From: a virus
Taxonomy: Duplodnaviria; Caudoviricetes
IMG/VR virus record: IMGVR_UViG_2823679482_000007
Span: 2,113 to 66,112 of that record
Reading direction: 5' to 3' (one strand)
DNA length: 64,000 nt
In this document: piece by piece, positions 18,639-26,531 of the stretch
Numbering within the stretch: the first letter of the stretch is position 1
Layout of the letters: the number at the start of each line of letters is the position of its first letter
Translations under genes and position numbers: made by a program
The notes under the pieces: model-generated
Told to the model about the DNA's origin: nothing
Database searches by the model: none
Seen by the model: only the letters and a program-made list of their open reading frames with translations

Positions 18639-19105
18639 CGTGGTCTCCGAATTGTGGGGTGGACGAGTTATTGACCGGCCCTAGATCCGACGCCCGTGAA
18701 AGGGTCGAAAGCTCGCCGGATCAGCGGCTTAGCAGGTGGACTAAGTTTGACTGGGTTTTGACCGACTAGGCCGGCGTGGGTCAGAGGCGGGAGACGCACA
18801 CCTGGGCGAGCCCGTGACGCGCAACGGCGCCATGTCACATGGCATGGTCAGCACCATCACGAGGACAGGACATCGACACGCTGACAAAATCGTAGGAAGA
18901 GACAGAGGTTGACGCCGTTGGTGCGGCTGCGATCAAAAGGACTGGGAAACGTCGTGGCAGGTGCAGCGAGCCGCATTCGCCCGTCAGTGACGCTGACCGA
19001 TTGCACGGCTCGACACGCAGCCGCGTTTCGTTACTGTCGATGAAACCTCACTCATTACCTTCAGTAGTAAGACTTGGCTATTTCTCCAAGCTTTAAGGAA
19101 TATAC

Positions 19106-19360
19106 ATGACGTCAAACATAATATCGGCTGCACGTGGAATTGGCGAGCACTGCAAGATCTACACTCTGAAAGAAAGTGGGATTGAGCGACGCGTTACGGT
19201 TTACGACTATGAAGCCGCAGCTCTAGAAGCGTATTTGGCACCGAAGATGCCAGGGAGCGAAGAGGTGAGGCCAGATACTGAATCCACCCCTCCGATCGAA
19301 GCCAGGAGAGCGCCGCGTTTTCGAACCCGGCAACCATTCGGAATACCTGGTTTAGAGTGA
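19106..19360 (+). CDS. Hypothetical moron on the opposite strand (84 aa)
   Basis: SD taaggaa, AT-rich upstream region, lower GC. Confidence 0.55.
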   Translation: MTSNIISAARGIGEHCKIYTLKESGIERRVTVYDYEAAALEAYLAPKMPGSEEVRPDTESTPPIEARRAPRFRTRQPFGIPGLE

Positions 19361-19385
19361 TTGCAGGAGGAACGGTTAAGGGGCT

Positions 19386-20900
19386 TCAATGCGCGACCCA
19401 AGCTGAGCCGGTGCAGAGCGCCAGTGCGGTCTCAGCCCCTCCGCCTGTCGCGATCAGTTGGCGGTACGTCGGGCTCGCCGCGAGATCAGTCACGACGACA
19501 ACGCTGCCCTTCGAGCCGGCGACGCACGGGAAAAGTCCGGCCACGGTATACTGTGCCGGCTTGAGAGCGCCCTGATTGACGGTCAGGCCGGTCCCCACGG
19601 TGGCCGTGCCATTCACGATCGCCCCGGCCGACGTGACTACGCCCGTGGGATTGACGGTCCAGCCCTGACCTTGGACCTGAAAGCCGGAGTAGGCGCCCTG
19701 GAGCTGCAGTCCGACGGCAGACGAACCTACGTGCCGGAAGCCTACGCTGGCACCGCCATAACTGTTGAAGCTGATCGCAGAGTTTGACCCGTCTGTGAAC
19801 GCGGAACCGGCATGGTAGCCCTGGTTCATGTAGCCGTTTGTGCTGCCCGTTCCGTCCAGAATGGTGTTGTCTCGAACCAGCGTCGCGCCACCGAAGATCA
19901 TGCCGTTGATAAGGGATGTCGAGTCGCTCGGCGGGCTATACTGCCCGATCGAGATCGCAGACGAAGAGCGATGCGGCCCACCCGTAAATATTTGCAAAGC
20001 GGTTGCGACAGGACCAACGGGGCCACCGGCGTAATCGCCCCAGTAATTTACGAGATCAAGCTCCATGGTATAAGCATTTTTCTTCAACCCCCCGCCTGCA
20101 ATCTGGTGCGCCATTGCGGATGACCACATGGCGCCTGAGTTGGCCTCCTGATAGGTGAAAACTCCAAGGTTCGTCTTGCCGCCGTTGCCGGGTGCGAAAT
20201 TCGGCTCGTAACGCCACGTAACGCCGCCATCAACGATGGTATCGCCTGTACCGGTTGGGCCCGCACCGGACGCCGCAGTTGTACCGTAATAAGTCGTTGA
20301 GCCGTTCTTCTCCTTGACACGATACATCTTCCCGCCGTCGTTGAGGCAGGATCCGAATTCTGGATAAAACTTACTTCTCTGGCAGCCGGTCGGAAAGCCA
20401 GCATTGTTCCTCATGTTGAAGATATTGCCGTACTCGCCATGGTTCTCGTCTCCGGTCGAGGTGATGTACCGCGCCATGCCGCAGCGCGTGAGATCGGTCC
20501 CCGCAGGATGAAACGGTCCGACGACAGGTTCACATTTCAAGCTTTGGTCGTTTGTAATCCACGTGCCGCTATAAGGCGTGTTTGGCCCGAACATCGTCAC
20601 GGTGCCGTCGGCCTCAAGCACGGGTCCGATCGAGGCGTCGGGGCCCCTGTTGGCTGCGCCGAACGCGCCGGTCATCAGCTTGCGCGGTTGGAGGTTCCAC
20701 TCTTTCGACGCCGCATCGATGCAGCCAAGCGGCACCATTGTGTTGCCGGTACGCTCCTTCACCGCGAACTGCGGACACGAACCGGAGTTTTGGAGGCCGA
20801 TCTCCGGCATGGTGTAGATCTGCGCAGAAGCGGGCTCGGCCCCAACGCAGCCTGCTGCTACCGCCAACACGGCGAGGGCCGCGCGGAACGAACGGATCAT
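19386..20900 (-). CDS. Tail fibre/receptor-binding-like protein with an apparent signal peptide
   Basis: In the tail operon; MIRSFRAALAVLAVAAGCVGAEPASAQ; homologous to 15295-16737 (GAYSGFQVQGQGWTVNPTG vs GDYSSAQIAGLGWSVAPDG). Confidence 0.65.
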   Translation of the reverse strand: MIRSFRAALAVLAVAAGCVGAEPASAQIYTMPEIGLQNSGSCPQFAVKERTGNTMVPLGCIDAASKEWNLQPRKLMTGAFGAANRGPDASIGPVLEADGTVTMFGPNTPYSGTWITNDQSLKCEPVVGPFHPAGTDLTRCGMARYITSTGDENHGEYGNIFNMRNNAGFPTGCQRSKFYPEFGSCLNDGGKMYRVKEKNGSTTYYGTTAASGAGPTGTGDTIVDGGVTWRYEPNFAPGNGGKTNLGVFTYQEANSGAMWSSAMAHQIAGGGLKKNAYTMELDLVNYWGDYAGGPVGPVATALQIFTGGPHRSSSAISIGQYSPPSDSTSLINGMIFGGATLVRDNTILDGTGSTNGYMNQGYHAGSAFTDGSNSAISFNSYGGASVGFRHVGSSAVGLQLQGAYSGFQVQGQGWTVNPTGVVTSAGAIVNGTATVGTGLTVNQGALKPAQYTVAGLFPCVAGSKGSVVVVTDLAASPTYRQLIATGGGAETALALCTGSAWVAH

Positions 20901-20911
20901 GGGAAGAACCT

Positions 20912-21271
20912 TCACTTCGGCTGGAGAGCGGCGGCGGCGAGCAGGTTTTCGATCTGCGCGTCCGAAAGGGATAGGGTCGCCTGGACGAAGACGAGCAGGG
21001 CGCAGCCGGGCGTGATGACGGCTGTCGTCCGATAGGCGCGATTGACGGAATTACTCACGTCGGAGGGAACAGCGTCTCGCACCGTGGCCGAGGCACCGGG
21101 AAAGGCGCTCTCGAGCGCGGCGTAGAACTGACCGGCCGTGAGCGTGTCGTCGCCGCCGCTGGCCGCTACAACATCGAGTGTTACAGCGGTGCCTTGACGG
21201 CCGACCTTCACGGTGCCCGTGGGCGACCGGACATCGATCGGGAACGTCGGGCGGATCGAATAGCTCGGCAT
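20912..21271 (-). CDS. Tail-associated hypothetical protein
   Basis: Tail operon position; C-terminal LSLSDAQIENLLAAAA seen in phage fibre-assembly proteins. Confidence 0.6.
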   Translation of the reverse strand: MPSYSIRPTFPIDVRSPTGTVKVGRQGTAVTLDVVAASGGDDTLTAGQFYAALESAFPGASATVRDAVPSDVSNSVNRAYRTTAVITPGCALLVFVQATLSLSDAQIENLLAAAALQPK

Positions 21272-21283
21272 GGCGGGACGTCC

Positions 21284-21667
21284 TCAGGCGAATTCGACCG
21301 GCTCGCAGAAGACCTCTTCCGTCTCCGGGCCGATGGTGACGAAGATCCGCGCGTCGTAGAGGCCGGGCGGCACGTCGAGCAGCGACCCGGCGGGGAACAC
21401 CGCCTCGACCAGGCCAGGGTTCGAGACGATGAGCGTGCCGGATGCGAGCGAGGCCGCGAGCACCGGAAGCGGCTCCCGACCATCGCAGCCGCGATACGGC
21501 GCCCGCGGCGTCACCTCGAGCGCGACCTCGGAGCAGGTCGAAAAATCGACCAAGCCAGCGTCCGTGATATCCAGACGCCCGCGGGCGTCGGCGGCACGAA
21601 AGACGTGCCGGAAGCGCCACTGCCCGCGCCGGGGGATCGCGCCGAGCGTGTTCATGAAGGACGGCAT
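21284..21667 (-). CDS. Tail-associated Ig/BppU-like protein
   Basis: Beta-strand pattern, PPGLYDARI; operon position. Confidence 0.5.
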   Translation of the reverse strand: MPSFMNTLGAIPRRGQWRFRHVFRAADARGRLDITDAGLVDFSTCSEVALEVTPRAPYRGCDGREPLPVLAASLASGTLIVSNPGLVEAVFPAGSLLDVPPGLYDARIFVTIGPETEEVFCEPVEFA

Positions 21668-21671
21668 AGGT

Positions 21672-22898
21672 CTACAGCTTCAGATAGAAGGTGCCGAGCC
21701 GGGTCGGCGGGAGGTTCGACACCGGCAGTCCACCGCCTGGGTTCGAGATGCCGAAGCCGAAAACCTTCGCATTCGGCGGGGCGGTCAGGTCGTTCTTCAG
21801 ACCCTTTTGCAGGTTGATCACAGGGGCCGAGCCTGCCGCTGTGCTGATCGAGGCCGTCGCAAGTTCCTCGTGCGTGATGTACGTGTGCGCCGGGTAATCG
21901 ATGGTCACGGAGCCGCCTGGAAGTGCGGCCGGCAGGTTCTTGTTGGACAGGCTGATCAGGGAATCGCCGCCGATCTGGCCGGGTGCCTGCGCATCGCCCA
22001 GCGCCGAGAACCGTGCTCCCGAGACGGTGCCGGTCGAGCCCGCCGCCGCAGCCTGCGAGAGCGTGATCGTGGTACCGTTGATATCCGTGATCGTGGTACC
22101 GGCCGAAATGCCGGTGGCAATCACCGTCATGCCGATGGCGAGCCGAGCAGAGTTGAACACCGTCGCCGTGGTCGAGCCGGCGGAGAGCGTGAGATCCATG
22201 ATCGCCTGAAGCCGTCCGGCCGGGCTCGATCCCATGTCATCAAGGCCGGCCTGCATGAGCCCCTGCATGGTCGGGATGACGATTTGCTTGCCGGCGGAGA
22301 AGTCACTCGAAGCCGAAGTGCCACGCCCGCCGACCACGGACGCCACCGTGTCTGGGAAGGTGTTCCAGAGGTAGGAGAACGCGGCCGCCGCATTGGCTGA
22401 AGCGAGTTCCGTCGCGCCCGACCCAGCGCCACCCAGCGTGCGCCCGTTCATACGCACCCAGCCGGGCAGGATCCCGGCGTCCATGCGCCATTTTACATCA
22501 CCGGTCGCGGCGATCGCGGTTGGATCCACGGTTCCGCCGCCTCCGCCGCCGCCCGTGGTCGGAGGCACGGTGCCGAGGCCGTCGTCTCGCCACAGCACTT
22601 CACCGTAGGGCCCGCGAACCTCTTCGGCGTAGAGCACGACCGGCAGGTAAACCCGAGGGAATCGCCCGGTACCATCGGCTTTTACCGGTTGGGCGAGCGG
22701 CCTGGTCAGTGCGGCATCGGAGTAGACCGCGAGCGGCGTCGTCGTCCCGGCTGCGAAGAAGGCGACGTTCGGCACGAGCAGGGGCCGGCCCGAGGCGTCG
22801 AGGATCTGCTGGCGCGACTTCGGCCACGACTCGGCGGCCGAGGCAGCCGAGATCAGGCCGAGCGCGAGAACGAGCCCGGCGGCGAACGATCGATGCAT
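21672..22898 (-). CDS. Tail fibre/spike with a P22-type virion-binding N-terminal domain
   Basis: QILDASGRPL...FFAAGTTTPLAVYSD...PVKADGTGRFP.VYL; GDVK..GWVRMNGRTLG collar-like motif; preceded by a signal-like MHRSFAAGLVLALGLISAASA. Confidence 0.75.
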   Translation of the reverse strand: MHRSFAAGLVLALGLISAASAAESWPKSRQQILDASGRPLLVPNVAFFAAGTTTPLAVYSDAALTRPLAQPVKADGTGRFPRVYLPVVLYAEEVRGPYGEVLWRDDGLGTVPPTTGGGGGGGTVDPTAIAATGDVKWRMDAGILPGWVRMNGRTLGGAGSGATELASANAAAAFSYLWNTFPDTVASVVGGRGTSASSDFSAGKQIVIPTMQGLMQAGLDDMGSSPAGRLQAIMDLTLSAGSTTATVFNSARLAIGMTVIATGISAGTTITDINGTTITLSQAAAAGSTGTVSGARFSALGDAQAPGQIGGDSLISLSNKNLPAALPGGSVTIDYPAHTYITHEELATASISTAAGSAPVINLQKGLKNDLTAPPNAKVFGFGISNPGGGLPVSNLPPTRLGTFYLKL

Positions 22899-22919
22899 GT
22901 GGGGGAGCCTGAAACGACG

Positions 22920-22943
22920 AAGCCCCGCACGGGGGCGGGGCTT
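22920..22943. terminator. Hairpin (terminator-like) upstream of the tail-fibre gene
   Basis: aagccccgc-acgggg-gcggggctt; weak U-tract. Confidence 0.55.
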
Positions 22944-22987
22944 GTCAGGGCCAGCGCGTAGAGCGCGGCACGGTGATCAAATCGCGG

Positions 22988-23007
22988 GTTTTGCCTCAGG
23001 GGTCAAG
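22988..23007 (-). promoter_or_regulatory. Late-promoter motif, copy 1
   Basis: CTTGACCCCTGAGGCAAAAC; 19/20 match to the consensus of the three copies. Confidence 0.7.
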
Positions 23008-23043
23008 GGGCGATGGCTGGCGGCGACGCGCGGCCGTGCTACG

Positions 23044-23418
23044 GTGCCGCCTGTGCCCTCGTCCCCGTCGCAGCGGTTCTGGTGTCTCGCGCAGCTGGCG
23101 TTCATCGCGGCGCTAACCTACGGCATGTCGGTGCCGCCCGAGGGCAACCCTGCGCCGATCAATCCCGCGCAGGTCGTGGTGAGCTTCGGCGTCTCGGTGA
23201 TCATGGCGGCCTTCTTCACCGCCCTGGCCACGCGGCTATGGGACCGCGCGCACCTTAAGCTGAAGAGCCTCACGGGCGTCGCGGTCCCCGCCGCCGGCAC
23301 CGCGTGCGCCGAGCACCACGAGGCGGTTCAGCAGCGCGATCGTGTCGGCGCCCGGCTTGGCGTTCGCGACATCCGCAAGACGCCGTCCTCCCTCTGGCGT
23401 GGTCAGCAGCGCGGCTAA
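23044..23418 (+). CDS. Two-TM membrane protein antisense to the tail operon (sieA-like position)
   Basis: FWCLAQLAFIAALTYGM and VVVSFGVSVIMAAFFTALA; GC3-rich codons; start uncertain; overlaps the 3' end of 23236-26526. Confidence 0.55.
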   Translation: MPPVPSSPSQRFWCLAQLAFIAALTYGMSVPPEGNPAPINPAQVVVSFGVSVIMAAFFTALATRLWDRAHLKLKSLTGVAVPAAGTACAEHHEAVQQRDRVGARLGVRDIRKTPSSLWRGQQRG

Positions 23419-26400
23419 GCGCTCGAGGTTCCGACCGGCCTGCCAATCCTCGAAGGACTGCGCGATTCGCTTCGGGAGATTAAAGCCGCCGGTTGCCGCC
23501 GCCTTCCCGGCTTCGGCGCCGAGGCTCCCCTTCTTCATCTCCGCCAGCGCCTCCGTGTTGAAGGAGGTCCGCGAGCCGACGCCCTGACGGGTGCCGGTGG
23601 CCTCGAAGATGTCCAGCAGGCGGGAGAACCCGGCGGCGATCCGCTCGCCATCGGGCAAGGCTCGGATCGCGGCGAAGACGTTCTCGCCGGCCAGATCGTT
23701 GCCCCGGATCGCCGCGGCGAATTTCGCCCCGCCGGCTTGGTTGGCACCGCTGTGGAGATCCTTCGTCTTTGCCGCGAACTCGGTCCCAAGATAGGTCCGG
23801 ACGAGCTCGCGCGCGGCCAACGAGTTGCTCCGCGAGATCGCGCCGACGGCGGCCCCGACATCGGCCGCCGAGCCCTCGACAGGCTTGGTCGGGAACAGTG
23901 TGTCGATCGCGCGCTTCACGTCCGGCCGTTCGGCGATCCGGCCCAGCGGTGAGCGCTCCACGGCCTCACGACCCTGATGCGCGAGGACGAGGCGCTGAAG
24001 CCGTCCGCGCGCCTCCGGGAGGAGGGCGAGCAGGTCCTCGTTCTGACGCATCGCGGCACGGATGCGTTCGGCCGTCGCGCCGCCCTGGCCGCTCACACCA
24101 TCGAGGATGCGCGTCACCTCGCGGGCCTCGAAGGCATTGCGGGCCGCGGGTGTGGCGTTGGCCAGGAACTCGCGCGCTGCGGTCGCGCCTTCGAGATGGG
24201 TCGGCACCTGCTCCGACGGCGTGGCCATGCGGCGGGTCAGCGGATCGCGCTGCGTCACCCGGCCGAGCGGCGCGTTGCCGGCAAACGGCTCCAGGGGGCG
24301 GCTGTTGGCTGCGAAGTTCGCGTCTGCCGTCGCCACCTCGGGCGCCGCTTTCAGCTGCTCGTCGAGCGTGGAGCGCACTGCCTGCAGGTCGCGCACCTTC
24401 GTGTCATCACCATCCGCCTGTGCTCGATTGATCCGCTGGTCGAGCCGCTCGCGGGCATGCAGAAGCCCTTCGATCGACAGGTCGGTCTCACGGACGCCCG
24501 ACACCGGATCGGCGCCGTATTCCATGAAGTCCCGGCGCACCTGCTCCAACTCGGTGCGGACATCGCCCTTGGCGGTCCGCGCCTGCCGATCGATCGCGTC
24601 GAAAGCGGCCTGCGGGTTCACCTGCCCGAAGCGCGGCGCGGAGATCTCCTCCGTCACTGTCGTCGGCACCATGCGGGAGGAGGGGTCGCTCGCGGGCTCC
24701 TTCGAGGCCATCACGACGCGCTCATAAGCGCTGAGCGGGTCGGACTCGTCACCGCGCATCAGCGCCGCGGCCGCCCGGTCGAGCGTGCCCTTATCGACCG
24801 TCTTAGGATCGACGCCTGCCTCGGTCAGCGCGCGGCGAATGTCGGTCGTCGCCTGGCTCGCGGAGGCCTGGAACTCATCGCGCATTGCGCCGAACCCGGA
24901 CCGGTCCTCATAACCCTGCCAGTCCCACGGATAAGTGCGACGGCCGCGGGCTTCCTGCTCCAGGAGGCTGATCAACTCGTCGTGGATATTGCGCTCCATC
25001 CCGCCGCCAACGTCTGGCGGCAGATAGCCCTCCTCGATCAGGCGGGTGCGCCAGAAGTTGTCGATTCCCTTCCCGTTCTCCTGGACGAGGTTGGCAACGC
25101 CGGGCTGCCGGAAGCGGTCGAGCCCGGCCGCCTTCACGTCTCCGCGCTCAAGGCCGATTCCGCCATTCTCGGCGATGAAGCGAGCGAGCGACTTCGTGCC
25201 CGGCTGAAGGGCCGGCGCCTCCGGTCGCGTCGGTGCCATCGAGCCGATGGTGTCCGGTCCGCGCGGCGGTGGGTCGTAACGCAGGGGGCCGCCAGCGCCG
25301 TTGTCGAGCGTCTGGAGCATCGGCTCGCCGGGCCGCTCCACAGTCACCGTGCGGTCGATGCCGATGCGCTCCTCGGCAGCGCGGGCGGCGGCATAGTCGC
25401 GGGCCGCCTGTTCGGACCGGACTGTCTCGCGGGCATCGGCGATGCCGCGCATCTCGCGCTGGATCACCTGCCCGGCCTGGTCCGGGGAGACGCGCGGGCC
25501 GGCCGCCTGCGTGGCGCGGATGACGGACTGCCCTTCGGGTGTGGCGGCCACCGCATTGCGCGCTGCGGCCTGGACCGCCTCACCGGTGCGGGCGGAGGAG
25601 GGCGAAGCCGGCGCGATCGCGTCGAGTCCTGCCTGTCCGGCCGCGTCGATCTGGCCGGGGCGGGCAGCGAAGAACTCGGAGAGCCCGCCTTGTCCCTCAA
25701 CGACGCGCTGGAGGTCGCCGAGGCGGCGCGGGCCCACGACCTGCTGCAGGGCTTCCGCCCAGGTCAGGGCGACGCCACGGCCGGCCGCATCATCCATGAG
25801 TGAGCGCACCGCCGTGACCTCGTCGGGCGAGATCTCGCCGGCGCCTGCGTCGAACAGGCGCTCGGCCGTACCGGGGCGACGCGTGAAGGCCTGCGCGGCG
25901 CCACCCGCCACGCCGCCGGCGAGGCGCGCCACGGGCTCGGCCGCGGTGCCCTCCGTGATCTGCCCCGCCGTCTCGGAAGCGACGGCCGGCAGAAGAGCGT
26001 TGCGCGCCGCCGTGGCGACAGTCTTGCCCGCGCCGGGCACGAACTCGGCCACCGTGCGCGCATACTCGCCGGCCGTGGTCTGGGGCTCGTAGAGCTTGCC
26101 TGTCGCGGCTTCGAGGGCGCTGATCGCGGTCTGGCCCGGCATCGGCAGCTCGGACGGCGAGGGGAGCGCGCCCTTCACGGTGGCGCGCGCCTCGGCGGCC
26201 TCGGCTTCCGACAGCGGGGCCTTACCGGCGAGGCTTCGTGCGCCCTTGGCCACCTTGTCGGTCAGATAGCCGATGCCTGCCTCGGCCAACCCGAGCACGG
26301 TCTGGGGCAGATCCGGCAGGCCTGCGGCACCGCGGATGATGCCGGCGCCGGCCGACTGGACGACATCGCCGACCACCGAGGGCGCCCCGGTGGCGGGCTT

Positions 26401-26526
26401 GCCACCCTTGGACGCGTCGCCCTCGTCGAACTGGTCGAAGAAGTTGCCGCCGCCTGAGGCCGGGCCGGTCGGGCCGGCGGCCTTCGGAGCCGCCGGCTCA
26501 TCGAACTGGTCGAAGTAGTTCGCCAT
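23236..26526 (-). CDS. Large DNA ejection/transfer protein (P22 gp16-like position)
   Basis: 1096 aa, Ala/Gly-rich, N-terminal NYFDQFD repeats; last of three ejection genes. Confidence 0.75.
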   Translation of the reverse strand: MANYFDQFDEPAAPKAAGPTGPASGGGNFFDQFDEGDASKGGKPATGAPSVVGDVVQSAGAGIIRGAAGLPDLPQTVLGLAEAGIGYLTDKVAKGARSLAGKAPLSEAEAAEARATVKGALPSPSELPMPGQTAISALEAATGKLYEPQTTAGEYARTVAEFVPGAGKTVATAARNALLPAVASETAGQITEGTAAEPVARLAGGVAGGAAQAFTRRPGTAERLFDAGAGEISPDEVTAVRSLMDDAAGRGVALTWAEALQQVVGPRRLGDLQRVVEGQGGLSEFFAARPGQIDAAGQAGLDAIAPASPSSARTGEAVQAAARNAVAATPEGQSVIRATQAAGPRVSPDQAGQVIQREMRGIADARETVRSEQAARDYAAARAAEERIGIDRTVTVERPGEPMLQTLDNGAGGPLRYDPPPRGPDTIGSMAPTRPEAPALQPGTKSLARFIAENGGIGLERGDVKAAGLDRFRQPGVANLVQENGKGIDNFWRTRLIEEGYLPPDVGGGMERNIHDELISLLEQEARGRRTYPWDWQGYEDRSGFGAMRDEFQASASQATTDIRRALTEAGVDPKTVDKGTLDRAAAALMRGDESDPLSAYERVVMASKEPASDPSSRMVPTTVTEEISAPRFGQVNPQAAFDAIDRQARTAKGDVRTELEQVRRDFMEYGADPVSGVRETDLSIEGLLHARERLDQRINRAQADGDDTKVRDLQAVRSTLDEQLKAAPEVATADANFAANSRPLEPFAGNAPLGRVTQRDPLTRRMATPSEQVPTHLEGATAAREFLANATPAARNAFEAREVTRILDGVSGQGGATAERIRAAMRQNEDLLALLPEARGRLQRLVLAHQGREAVERSPLGRIAERPDVKRAIDTLFPTKPVEGSAADVGAAVGAISRSNSLAARELVRTYLGTEFAAKTKDLHSGANQAGGAKFAAAIRGNDLAGENVFAAIRALPDGERIAAGFSRLLDIFEATGTRQGVGSRTSFNTEALAEMKKGSLGAEAGKAAATGGFNLPKRIAQSFEDWQAGRNLERLAALLTTPEGGRRLADVANAKPGADTIALLNRLVVLGARGAGGGDRDAREALQLKVRAVP

Positions 26527-26531
26527 CAGGA

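Noticed and set aside
23977-25803. 608-aa plus-strand ORF (also 37754-38995, 36665-37582 and similar)
   Set aside because: Shadow frames antisense to well-supported high-GC genes; low-complexity Arg/Ala/Gly content and no motifs.
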